Positions 48,007 through 57,982 of a stretch of 64,000 nucleotides of DNA are shown piece by piece (the stretch's first letter is position 1; each line of letters opens with the position of its first letter). Source of the DNA: Candidatus Helarchaeota archaeon. GTDB taxonomy: Archaea; Asgardarchaeota; Lokiarchaeia; Helarchaeales; RDOG01. The position numbers and the translations under genes were made by a program. The stretch lies in NCBI GenBank assembly GCA_019058315.1, contig JAHPZH010000005.1, positions 64,001-128,000 of the forward strand, in the 5' to 3' direction. The notes below the pieces were generated by a model that saw nothing but the letters and a program-made list of their open reading frames with translations, did no database searches and had not been told where the DNA came from.

Positions 48007-48861
48007 TTATTTGTCGTAAATTATTCTAATCCCACAAAATATACAATAAATTGAATCCTTAGGAATCTGTTTATTACAGCTCGTACATATTTTAAAAGAT
48101 AATTTCTCGATTTTATGATCACTTTTATTGGTAACCTGTTCTAACATCTCTTGTTGTTCTAAATATTTTTGAAATTCCCACATATCTATTTCTTTCTTAC
48201 AATTGGGACATTGAGCCTTAGTTTTTAACCACTCAAGAAACTCGATTTTATGAAAACAAGCATTACAAAAGGGACAAAATACTGCCTCAACCAAAGCCAT
48301 TTTTTTCTTACATATTATGCATTTTTGAAATTCAGTAGAGCAATTTTTGCATTTTTTTGCAATTAATGAATTTTCAATACCACAGATGGGACATTGAATT
48401 GTTTGAGGACCTTTTAAATAGTTTTCATCAAAAAGTCTAAATTGTAATAAATGATTAATAATAACATCTGCAATTTTTGATTCTATATTCATATATGCTA
48501 CGATTACAATAATTGGAATTACAATTCCAAAAAAAATCGGAACTAACCCTAATAGTATATTCGAAATTATAAGAAATATCCCAAGACCTAATAAAAATAT
48601 TGAAAAAAGAGATGAAAGTAAAAGGAGGACGAAGTTGTCAATTTTAATATATATTTTTGTTTGAACATCTCCTTCAAAGGTTACTTTTCCTTTATATACA
48701 ACCTGATCTTGTGTTGTTACTGAATCAATTAGTCCAATTTTTTCAAATTCTATTTCAGTTTCAGTTAAATTATGTATTGAAAAATCAGCAGAATTTTTGA
48801 AAAATTGGATGATTTCATTTCTGGATATATTCATAGGTAAATCGATTAATTCAGATTTCAA
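48007..48861 (-). CDS. Two-TM protein with Zn ribbons and RING-like domain
   Basis: CIIC...CPFC...HKIEFLEWLKTKAQCPNC; close paralogue of 46913-47800 (shared KKEIDMWEFQKYL). Confidence 0.75.
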   Translation of the reverse strand: MKSELIDLPMNISRNEIIQFFKNSADFSIHNLTETEIEFEKIGLIDSVTTQDQVVYKGKVTFEGDVQTKIYIKIDNFVLLLLSSLFSIFLLGLGIFLIISNILLGLVPIFFGIVIPIIVIVAYMNIESKIADVIINHLLQFRLFDENYLKGPQTIQCPICGIENSLIAKKCKNCSTEFQKCIICKKKMALVEAVFCPFCNACFHKIEFLEWLKTKAQCPNCKKEIDMWEFQKYLEQQEMLEQVTNKSDHKIEKLSFKICTSCNKQIPKDSIYCIFCGIRIIYDK

Positions 48862-48981
48862 ATTAAATTTCCAGCGGATTAAATTTTAAATAATGAAACA
48901 ATTTGATTTTCCCTATTCAAACAACAATAATTATTAATTTAAATAGATTTGTATTAATGCATTTAAAAAATAAAAAGAAAT

Positions 48982-50244
48982 TTATTCTTTAAGTTCTCTG
49001 TATAACTCTCTTTGGCATAAAAATCTTAAAATATCTGTTGTTCCTGCTGATATTTGACCAATTTTTGCATCTCTAAAAAAACGTTCTACTGGAAAATCTT
49101 TAGTGTATCCAACTCCACCACAGATTTGAACTGCATCCAGACAAATCTCCATCTGATAATCCGCACACATAAACTTTGCAGCAGCAACTTCTTTAGTCGC
49201 CTTTAATCCAGCATCTAGCATTCTTGCAGCTCTTAACATCATCAATCGTCCAGCTTCTAGTTTTGCGTACATATTAGAGATTCTAAAACTTATCCCCTCA
49301 AATTCCCGTAAAAATTGACCGAATTGTCTCCGTTTATTTGCATATTTAAACGCAACTTCAAATGCAGACCTTGCAATGCCAAGATATTGTGAGCATGTAA
49401 AGCATCGTTCACCATCCAGCCCCGACATCATAATACTAATCCCTTTATTCTCCATATCAGGTCCACCAACGAGGTTCTCCTCCGAGACTTCACAATTATT
49501 AAATTTTAAATGTGAGTTGATAGAACCTTTTCGTCCACATAGTTCATAATCTCTTACTCTTTTAAAACCTGGAGTATCGGTAGGAAAGATAAATGCACTA
49601 ATTCCTTGATGTTTTCTTGGCGCATCGGGATTTGTTAATGCGTATAATAATAAATAATCGGCTTTGCTACCATTTGTAATGTATCTTTTTTCTCCATTTA
49701 TAATATATTTATCTCCTTTTTTAATGGCTGTAGTCCTCATACCACCAACTGCGTCTGACCCAGCAGTAGGCTCTGTTATAGCAATTGCTCCTAATTTCTC
49801 ACCTTTTATACCAACGGGAATTAAATATTTCTTTTTCTGCTCTTCAGTTCCAAAATGGATGATAGGTGCACAAAACAAATTAGCACTTGCACCATACGTC
49901 ACGACAACTGCAGAATTTATAGCAGCTAATTCTTCTCCAGATATTACTCTGTATACAAATCCCTTACCACCCCCCCCAATAGAAGTGGGAAATGCGAGAG
50001 ATAATAACCCGTCTTTAGCCATTTTTTTATAGATATCAACACAGATATCAAATGCTTTATCAAGATCTACATTACCTATCCTTTCTATTTCAGCATCGAC
50101 TGGAAGAATGTTTTTTTTTGCCCATTGTCTCATTTTGAGTCTAAATTCGTTTTCCTCATCACTATATAAGAATAAGCTTCCAGGATTATTAATGGATTCA
50201 CCATATTCTACATTAAGATCTTCAAAATTGACTTTTCCTTCCAA
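48982..50244 (-). CDS. Acyl-CoA dehydrogenase
   Basis: 'AITEPTAGSD', 'NGEKRYITNG', 'RRQFG', 'QICGGVGY', 'RDAKIGQISAGT'. Confidence 0.95.
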   Translation of the reverse strand: MEGKVNFEDLNVEYGESINNPGSLFLYSDEENEFRLKMRQWAKKNILPVDAEIERIGNVDLDKAFDICVDIYKKMAKDGLLSLAFPTSIGGGGKGFVYRVISGEELAAINSAVVVTYGASANLFCAPIIHFGTEEQKKKYLIPVGIKGEKLGAIAITEPTAGSDAVGGMRTTAIKKGDKYIINGEKRYITNGSKADYLLLYALTNPDAPRKHQGISAFIFPTDTPGFKRVRDYELCGRKGSINSHLKFNNCEVSEENLVGGPDMENKGISIMMSGLDGERCFTCSQYLGIARSAFEVAFKYANKRRQFGQFLREFEGISFRISNMYAKLEAGRLMMLRAARMLDAGLKATKEVAAAKFMCADYQMEICLDAVQICGGVGYTKDFPVERFFRDAKIGQISAGTTDILRFLCQRELYRELKE

Positions 50245-50316
50245 ATTAACTCACCATTAGTTATAATTACAATCTATTTGTGATTCAATTTTCTTTTTTT
50301 TAAGGTTTGGGTTTTC

Positions 50317-51687
50317 TTATTGTTCTTCAAGTTTAGTGGTAATCAAACCAGATATAAACAATAAAACACCGAGTATAGGTCCTAAAAAGTAAAATGCGCC
50401 TTTAGCCCCTAAAGAGTAAGTAAATACTGCCATAAACATGTTTCCCGTTGCTCCTGATATACTAATAAATGTGGCATTGAATCCCATACAAGTTGCTTCT
50501 TGATCTTTTTTCACAATCCCCATTAATATACTAAAAGGTAAAATTAGAATTCCTGATAATCCCACAGCCAAAAACAAAAACCAAATAACACCTTGAATTT
50601 GGATAGAAATGATGGCAGAAGATGGTAATTCAATAACGAATTTAAAAAGACCAGGAAATTCTACAAAAATGATTGAACTTGGAGTTAGGGTAAAAATTAG
50701 TGTGAATGGAAAAACTGCGGCTAAGAAGAACAAACAAAAGAGAATACTTCTTTTTTTTCCCCAAACATCACCTTTTACGTTCCAAATATAAATAAATCCA
50801 CCTAAAATTAATAAGAGCAAAATTCCCATAAGTCCAAATTCTAATTCATTTTTTATTTCAAATACACTAACCGCAAATGCTGTTAGGGAAGATAACATAA
50901 TGAGAAAGCCGAAATTCCATACGAATTGGGCAATTTGAAAGAGTAAAAATTGTCTATCTTTTAAAATTTCGGTATAAGATCCTTTTTTGGGGTTCTCATT
51001 TACTTTTAGAAAAGGTCTTTCTGGTTCTTTAATTTTTAAAAAAGTTATAATAGAACTACAAAGGAGAATAAGTGAGAGTACTCCGCATACAAAAATATAT
51101 GAATCTATAATAACTAATAGAAATGCGGGTAGAATGATCATAATTCCTGTTCCTATACCACCGATTATATTCCAAAAACTTGACATCTCTATTCTTTGGT
51201 CTTCAGGGGTTATTTCCGGCATCAGAGCGACGTATGGGATGTTCATGCCATTAAATATAATGGAATAGACTATATAAATGGCAATTATATAAATAAAGAT
51301 TGCCCCAGGTTGTGTCTGGAGATCTTGACGAAAAAATGGAACAGAAATCAACCAAAATAGAAATGCCGAAATTGGTGAAAATATGATTATCCAAGGTCTC
51401 CTTCTCCCATATTTTGATTTAGTTTTATCTGATAAATGACCAAAGATAGGAGCAAAGATTATTCCGATTATACTCCCCATACTTAGTAAGAAATATCTAA
51501 AAAAATCTTGATTTAAAGTAAAATGCAATTCATCTTGAAGGAAGAAATATAAATAACTCGTGGGAAAACTTGTTATCAGGAAAATTCCTAAGTTCATAAT
51601 CGAATAATATATCATTTCTTTCGTTTCCATTCTTGCACCACGAAAATTTATATTACTAAAGAATAGACTTTTTGACAATTTTTTCAT
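50317..51687 (-). CDS. MFS transporter (GPH-like); true start probably the internal Met of METKE
   Basis: 'GHLSDKTKSKYGRRRPW', 'PYVALMPEIT', about 12 TM. Confidence 0.88.
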   Translation of the reverse strand: MKKLSKSLFFSNINFRGARMETKEMIYYSIMNLGIFLITSFPTSYLYFFLQDELHFTLNQDFFRYFLLSMGSIIGIIFAPIFGHLSDKTKSKYGRRRPWIIIFSPISAFLFWLISVPFFRQDLQTQPGAIFIYIIAIYIVYSIIFNGMNIPYVALMPEITPEDQRIEMSSFWNIIGGIGTGIMIILPAFLLVIIDSYIFVCGVLSLILLCSSIITFLKIKEPERPFLKVNENPKKGSYTEILKDRQFLLFQIAQFVWNFGFLIMLSSLTAFAVSVFEIKNELEFGLMGILLLLILGGFIYIWNVKGDVWGKKRSILFCLFFLAAVFPFTLIFTLTPSSIIFVEFPGLFKFVIELPSSAIISIQIQGVIWFLFLAVGLSGILILPFSILMGIVKKDQEATCMGFNATFISISGATGNMFMAVFTYSLGAKGAFYFLGPILGVLLFISGLITTKLEEQ

Positions 51688-51758
51688 TGTCTAATAAAAT
51701 TTGTTCTATTTAAACAATCAAAAAACCTTTAAGTTAGTTTAAAGAGAATAAATTAAAA

Positions 51759-53087
51759 TTGAAATTGGTGAAGATTATGGGATTAGATTATAAAAAAACA
51801 TTCTATATAGGACTTGGATTCTTCACAACAGGAATTACATGGAGTTTATTTAATGCATATGTTCCAATTTTTCTCTCATATTTTGGGATTCCCTTTACAC
51901 TGATTGGTTTTATTATGACACTTGATAATATTAGTGCAATAACCCTCCAACCAGTTATCGGGGCTCAAAGTGATAAAACTTGGTCAGATAGATTTGGAAG
52001 GAGGATACCTTATATTCTTATTGGTATACCATTAGCGGCTTTCTTTTTTACATTAATTCCAATATTTACGCCCTCAAATATAATCAGTTTCGAAAATTTG
52101 AGGAAAATATTCGGTTTTGGACCTGAAGATATTATTTTAGACAGAACTCTCATCGGTTTTGCATTTTTCACAACTTGGGTTATCTGTTTCAATATAGCAA
52201 TGTCATTATATCGAGCCCCTACAGTTGCTCTTATGCCAGACCTTGTTGAAAATGAATATAGAAGTCGAGCTAATGGAATTATTAATCTTATGGGCGGAAT
52301 CGGATCGGTATTTGCATTTGCTGTAGGTTCAATCCTCTATGATATGAATTGGATACTTCCATTTTTAGTTACATCTGGTTTGATGATTGTAGCTTTGATT
52401 ATTTTAGTCTTAAAAATAAAAGAACCGAAAGTTCCTATGGGTACTGTGAATGAAGAGGAAAAAGTTAATATTATAGAAGGTTTTAGGGAAGTCTTTAGTA
52501 GTCGAGATGATAAGAGTATTCTTTTTATATTATTAGCAATCTTTTTCTGGTTTTTCGGATATAATGCAGTTGAAACATGGTTCACGACTTATGGAAAACA
52601 AGTTTTAGACATCTCAGAATCCAGTGCGGCATTTTCATTGAATCTAATTGCCATACCATTTATATTAATGGCAATACCTGCTGGAATTGTGGCAGAACGA
52701 ATCTCAAGGAAGAAAACAATAATGATCGGTTTAGTGATGATTATTGCTTGTATAAGTCTGGTATCATTATTAAGCCTGATAATGAATCCTCAAAATATAT
52801 TATTAATAATTTTGATAAGTTTTCCTATAGTTGGGGTTGGTTGGTCACTTGTAAATATAAATTCTATTACTATGATCTGGGAAATTGGAAAAGGTGAGAA
52901 ACAGGGAGCTTATACTGGTATTTATTATTTCTTTAGTCAAGCAGCAGCAATATTAGGCCCTCCATCAATAGGACTATTTTTTGATATTTTTGGTACACCT
53001 CTGCCATTATTTCCACTTTCAACAATATTCTTTGTATTAGCGTTTATATCAATGATTTTTGTAAAGAGTGGAGAATATCAGAAATAA
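51759..53087 (+). CDS. MFS sugar transporter (SLC45/maltose-permease-like), paralogue 1
   Basis: 'QPVIGAQSDKTW..FGRRIPY', 'ALMPDL', 'GAYTGIYYFFSQ'. Confidence 0.9.
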   Translation: MKLVKIMGLDYKKTFYIGLGFFTTGITWSLFNAYVPIFLSYFGIPFTLIGFIMTLDNISAITLQPVIGAQSDKTWSDRFGRRIPYILIGIPLAAFFFTLIPIFTPSNIISFENLRKIFGFGPEDIILDRTLIGFAFFTTWVICFNIAMSLYRAPTVALMPDLVENEYRSRANGIINLMGGIGSVFAFAVGSILYDMNWILPFLVTSGLMIVALIILVLKIKEPKVPMGTVNEEEKVNIIEGFREVFSSRDDKSILFILLAIFFWFFGYNAVETWFTTYGKQVLDISESSAAFSLNLIAIPFILMAIPAGIVAERISRKKTIMIGLVMIIACISLVSLLSLIMNPQNILLIILISFPIVGVGWSLVNINSITMIWEIGKGEKQGAYTGIYYFFSQAAAILGPPSIGLFFDIFGTPLPLFPLSTIFFVLAFISMIFVKSGEYQK

Positions 53088-53205
53088 TAATTTTTTTTTC
53101 TCTTTTTTATTTAAAACTTATTTATTAACTCTTTTTCATATGGAAAAAATTTTATAATCAATCATTTAATTAAGAATCTATAATTTACTAAAATGGAGTT
53201 ATCAA

Positions 53206-54534
53206 TTGGAATTTAGTTATAAAAAAGCCATAATATTAGGATTAGGGCTTTTTACTACCGGAATAACTTGGAATTTATTTGTTTCATACGTACCTATTTT
53301 CCTAAGTTATTATGGTATTGCTTTTTCAATTATAGGTTTGATAATGACATTTGATAATTTCACCGCAATATCAATCCAACCGTATATTGGCACAAGATCT
53401 GATAAAACTTGGTCTCATAGATTTGGAAGAAGAATGCCTTATATTCTTATAGGAATTCCGATTGCTGCATTTTTCTTTGCTTTAATCCCCCTATTCATAC
53501 CTAAAGATTTGATTAATTTTGGAAATTATTCTATTTCACTTAATCCAGATATAGTTAGCTTTGGATTTTTAATTACTTGGATAATTTGTTTTGATATCGC
53601 TATGGCAATTTATCGCTCACCTGTGACAGCTCTAATACCAGATCTAATTGATAACGAACATCGAAGTAAAGCAAATGGAGTTGTGCAGCTGATGGGAGGG
53701 ATCGGGGCTATCTTTGCCTATACAATTGGGGCAATATTATATAGTATTCACTCTGAAATTCCCTTTTTAGTGACCTCTATCGTAATGATTATAGCATTAT
53801 GTGTTTTGGTAATAAAAATTAAAGAACCTGAAGTTTCAATAGTTAAAAGTGACAACAAGTCTGAAATTAACTTAATTAATGGATTTAAAGAAGTATTTAG
53901 TAAAGAAAATCGGAGTTTATTATATATTCTCTTAGCAACTTTTTGTTGGTATTTTGGTTATCAGGCTATAGCAACTTGGTTCACGACTTATGGAGTAAGA
54001 GTCCTCTTAATTGGTGAAGCAGTGGCTTCTAGTTATTTAACTTTAATAGTCTTTCCATTTATACTCTCCACACTACCAAGTGGAATTCTAGGTGAGAAAA
54101 TTTCCAGAAGGAAAACGATATTTATTGGATTATTATTGATAATATCTTGTTTTTTGATTATTTCCATTTATAGTATAATCTTTATTATTCCTATTGACCC
54201 AATTTTGATACCTTTATTTAGATTTAACCCACCAAATACTCTAATTTTACTGATTCTTATTTCTTTTCCCATTATAGGAGTTGGATGGGGTTTTATAGAA
54301 ATAAATGCTATTACTATTGTTTGGAACATGGCAGGAAAGGAAAAACAAGGTACATATACCGGAATATATTATTTTTTTAGTCAGGCCGCAGCAATAGTAG
54401 GACCCCCACTTATTGGATTAACATTCGATTTAACGAAAACTCAACTTCCTTTATTTCCAATTTCCTTGATATTTTTTATATTAGCCTTGATGTCAATGTT
54501 TTTCGTAAAAAATGACGAATACACACAAAAATAG
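53206..54534 (+). CDS. MFS sugar transporter, paralogue 2
   Basis: Collinear with 51759-53087. Confidence 0.9.
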   Translation: MEFSYKKAIILGLGLFTTGITWNLFVSYVPIFLSYYGIAFSIIGLIMTFDNFTAISIQPYIGTRSDKTWSHRFGRRMPYILIGIPIAAFFFALIPLFIPKDLINFGNYSISLNPDIVSFGFLITWIICFDIAMAIYRSPVTALIPDLIDNEHRSKANGVVQLMGGIGAIFAYTIGAILYSIHSEIPFLVTSIVMIIALCVLVIKIKEPEVSIVKSDNKSEINLINGFKEVFSKENRSLLYILLATFCWYFGYQAIATWFTTYGVRVLLIGEAVASSYLTLIVFPFILSTLPSGILGEKISRRKTIFIGLLLIISCFLIISIYSIIFIIPIDPILIPLFRFNPPNTLILLILISFPIIGVGWGFIEINAITIVWNMAGKEKQGTYTGIYYFFSQAAAIVGPPLIGLTFDLTKTQLPLFPISLIFFILALMSMFFVKNDEYTQK

Positions 54535-54840
54535 ACTTTTAATCTGACTTATTATCCATTTCTTTTTTTAAAAAATACAAAATAAAAAATTTAAAGCATA
54601 ATATTTACTTTTTATACAATTGTAATAAAATGGACATAATTATACAAAAAGGTACTAAATATACCAATAATACATAAATTTGTAACAAGATATACTAACT
54701 ACAACTAAATAGTAATATGTTTGATTAATTAGATTTAAAAATTATCCCTCTTTTTTTTATGTAGAGATTGATTATTGCTTAAAAAATTTACCAAATCATA
54801 TTTGGAAAATAAAAAAATAATTAATTAAAGGTGTGAAGTT

Positions 54841-54957
54841 ATGATTTCAATCGAAAATCTATCATATTCAATTAGTTTAGTCCCATCAGAAGATAAAGCA
54901 GAAAGTATCATTTTAGCATTTATTCAATTAGTTTTTAGGCAAAATTTAAAACGCTAA
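54841..54957 (+). CDS. Possible 38-aa micro-protein (MISIENLSYSISLVPSEDKAESIILAFIQLVFRQNLKR)
   Basis: ATG preceded by AAGGTGTG in a ~500-bp gap; no homology evidence. Confidence 0.3.
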   Translation: MISIENLSYSISLVPSEDKAESIILAFIQLVFRQNLKR

Positions 54958-55036
54958 AGAACTATTTCAGCAAATAAATAGTTCTTCTTATGAGAGAGAG
55001 GATCATAAATAAAAGATTTTATAAAAAATATTATAA

Positions 55037-56419
55037 TTATGGTTCCATTTTGTACCATTCTTCTATTTTTTTCATTAGGGAGGTAGAATGATCGATTAAT
55101 TCCCCATCGGCATCCTTAAGTATCATATTAAACATTTTTTGATTTAATTCAGAATTTTCTTTGGCAATATTCGTGTTTTGTTCTGGATCCTTTTTTAAAT
55201 CGAATAAATATTCATTCTTTCGTTTATAATCTGTAATATATGCATAATTCTCATCACGAACCCAAACATAGCTATTAAAACCACATGTTACAAATTTTCG
55301 ATCTTCAATATAGTCATTGTCAAGTAATTTCCAGAGATTTATTCCATCAATAGGATTTGGAGGAGTGGCATCTAACACATCTAATATTGTTGGAAAAACA
55401 TCAAAATTGTAAACAAAGCTTTTAATATGCTTTCCCTTTCCTAATCCTTTCGGATGTCGTATAAAGAAGGGTATGTCAATTAATTCTGGATATAGACCCC
55501 ATGGAATTTTTCCTGTCATATTATGTTCACCAAGTTGATGACCATGATCGGATATACAAAAGATAAATGTATCATCTAATAGTCCTAAATCAATAACTTT
55601 ATCCATTAATTTTCCTATCCAAGTATCCACCATTGTAACTTCACCAGCATAACACGCTCTCATATATTTAAGTTCGTCGGGAGTAAGATAATCTATATTA
55701 GTGAGATAGTTTGGAGTAATAATTTCTTGACCATCATAATTGGGAAAATACATGTCTCGATAGTGCTGAGGTGGATCCCAAGGTTCATGTGGATCAAAAG
55801 AGTCAATACATAGGAAAAATTTCTTTGATCCCTTAGTTTCTTCTAACCAATTTATTGCTTTAGAAAATACTTGAGGAGCAAAATAATCCTCTTCTTTATT
55901 ACGATTTGCAACGTTTTTTAAATATTGATCTAGAACTAAAGCCATATGGGCGGAAATACCACTTTTAGGAAAATATTTTTTCATATCTTTCCCACGAATT
56001 TTTGGAGTAGATTTATACAGGTCTCCTTCTTGTCCTCTAATCCAATAAAATTTAAATCCGCGATGAAAATTCATTGATGGTTTGAACTGATGATAAGTAT
56101 CTGTAATGAAGACATTCCTATATCTACGTTTGAGAAGTATTTCAGCAAGAGTAACTTGCTTTTCAGGGATAGGTTCCCAACCCATTGCGCGTACCATATC
56201 GCCTTTGCGAGGATTATATGTTTTAAAAGGAAAACAGCGAATTCCTGTATGTATAGCTCGTCTAACCGGAATAGTAGGCAAGGATTCTGGGTACGCATTA
56301 TCGAAAATTATACTATCCTTTGCGAGACGATCCATATTTGGAGTTTTAATCCATTTATTGCCATAAATCCCGACATGATCTTTTCGCAAAGTATCTAAAA
56401 TAATAAGAATTACATTCAA
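55037..56419 (-). CDS. Sulfatase/alkaline phosphatase superfamily protein
   Basis: 'DTLRKDH', 'PTIPVRRAIHTG', 'FDPHEPW', 'SDHG', 'LFDLKKDPEQ'. Confidence 0.88.
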   Translation of the reverse strand: MNVILIILDTLRKDHVGIYGNKWIKTPNMDRLAKDSIIFDNAYPESLPTIPVRRAIHTGIRCFPFKTYNPRKGDMVRAMGWEPIPEKQVTLAEILLKRRYRNVFITDTYHQFKPSMNFHRGFKFYWIRGQEGDLYKSTPKIRGKDMKKYFPKSGISAHMALVLDQYLKNVANRNKEEDYFAPQVFSKAINWLEETKGSKKFFLCIDSFDPHEPWDPPQHYRDMYFPNYDGQEIITPNYLTNIDYLTPDELKYMRACYAGEVTMVDTWIGKLMDKVIDLGLLDDTFIFCISDHGHQLGEHNMTGKIPWGLYPELIDIPFFIRHPKGLGKGKHIKSFVYNFDVFPTILDVLDATPPNPIDGINLWKLLDNDYIEDRKFVTCGFNSYVWVRDENYAYITDYKRKNEYLFDLKKDPEQNTNIAKENSELNQKMFNMILKDADGELIDHSTSLMKKIEEWYKMEP

Positions 56420-56539
56420 TTGATAACTTCCGTATAAATTTTTTCAATACTAAATCATTTTATATGATGAATAAATAAATTATTTATTGGAATTATATAA
56501 TTTAAAGCTCTAATTCAAAAATGTAAGGAAAAAATTGGG

Positions 56540-56923
56540 ATGAATCTAAAAGAATCGTCATTTCTTATTTATGGCATAATATTATGTGTATTTGGAATAT
56601 CACTCTTAATATACGGATATGGAATTTACAAAAAAGAAGCATTAAGATTTAATATTTTAACTTTTTTAATATTTATGGAAATCGCTCCCGAATTTAAATT
56701 AGACTTTTCTTTACTTCCATATTATTTCGCATTTTCTTATTATCCCATAGAAATATTTTTTAATATTTACATATTATTACTGGAGTTTATTCAAAATACT
56801 TTACAGCCTTACATAATATCTGTATTTTATCCAATTGTAGGTGTAGTTTTCATAACTATTGGATCGATATTCATAACTCTAGGAATTATATATTTTCGAC
56901 AACAATATTCCAATATTCAATAG
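56540..56923 (+). CDS. Small membrane protein
   Basis: Three to four hydrophobic segments. Confidence 0.55.
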   Translation: MNLKESSFLIYGIILCVFGISLLIYGYGIYKKEALRFNILTFLIFMEIAPEFKLDFSLLPYYFAFSYYPIEIFFNIYILLLEFIQNTLQPYIISVFYPIVGVVFITIGSIFITLGIIYFRQQYSNIQ

Positions 56924-56954
56924 CTTGGGAAGAAGAATTAGAATTTAGATTTAA

Positions 56955-57398
56955 TTAATTGAGATTTTCTAAAAAATCTTTAATTTTTTTTACCATAACT
57001 TTGGCATCATCTTCATTTTTCGGATACTTTATCCTAATTATTGGGATATCTTTTATAGAAACTAAATATTTTATTAAATTAGCGGCACGTGTACAGCCTA
57101 AACAACCAATACTCCAGTCATCGTCGGTTTCCTCAATAATAATCGCAGCTTCAGCTTCTTTAACTAGAGGACCGATAAGCCCCATTCTTCCCCTTATACC
57201 GCTGGGCGCTTCTACTGGGACGAAGTCAAGTCCTTTTTTTAAATCATCTTCTGTTATATTAAAAGGAGGACTATCTATATCAGGACTTAATATTCGTTGA
57301 CGAATTTGTGTTTGAAGCATTAATGGTTGATGCCCAAAACGTTCAACTAGGTCACCTAGAATAAGACTATTTGGGGGATAAATGAATATTTTTTTCAA
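56955..57398 (-). CDS. mmp5: Methanogenesis marker protein 5 (DUF2112)
   Basis: 'KIFIYPPNSLILGDLVERFGH', 'DSPPFNIT', 'PSGIRGRMGL', 'GCLGCTR'. Confidence 0.9.
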   Translation of the reverse strand: MKKIFIYPPNSLILGDLVERFGHQPLMLQTQIRQRILSPDIDSPPFNITEDDLKKGLDFVPVEAPSGIRGRMGLIGPLVKEAEAAIIIEETDDDWSIGCLGCTRAANLIKYLVSIKDIPIIRIKYPKNEDDAKVMVKKIKDFLENLN

Positions 57399-57413
57399 TT
57401 TTTATTCTCTTAT

Positions 57414-57884
57414 CTATTTTTTTGGGATAATTTCCTCAATTATGTTCTTAATTTTTTCTGAATTAAGAGGAATTTCTTTTTTAGGCTCTTCAATTTCAAT
57501 TTTTTCCTTATTATCGATCGAATTTAGAGCTTCGCTTATATATGGAAGAAGTGAATGCTCAAATTCTAAAAAATGAAATCCGTATCTTGGTCCTCCACCC
57601 GATGTAGCTCTACAAATTCGGGGATCACCTGGTGGAAAGCCTCTCATTCTGGTAAATATATTATTTTTATCTAAAGAGCGAATTTGATTTGTGATTTTTG
57701 AAATAATAGTTTTTTTTCCTTCAACTATAATACCAAAGCAGGTTTCTTTGATTTTTATTGGTAATCTTAAGTTTATAACGAAGCTTAACAGTTCAGCAGG
57801 AGTTAAGCGGGAATAAGGACTTAATATATAGATCCTAGCTTCGAAATCTTCGTTATCTTGACCCATTTTCAAATTATCCTTCAT
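57414..57884 (-). CDS. mmp6: Methanogenesis marker protein 6 (DUF2102)
   Basis: 'IKETCFG..VEG', 'RGFPPGDPRICRA..GGGPRYGFH.LE.E'. Confidence 0.9.
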   Translation of the reverse strand: MKDNLKMGQDNEDFEARIYILSPYSRLTPAELLSFVINLRLPIKIKETCFGIIVEGKKTIISKITNQIRSLDKNNIFTRMRGFPPGDPRICRATSGGGPRYGFHFLEFEHSLLPYISEALNSIDNKEKIEIEEPKKEIPLNSEKIKNIIEEIIPKK

Positions 57885-57982
57885 TTTTCTATATCATTTC
57901 AAACAAAATTTGTATATTTCAAAATTTTTTCTAATAAACAAATATTAAATTTCATTATAAATTTCATCAATATTCGAATTAT

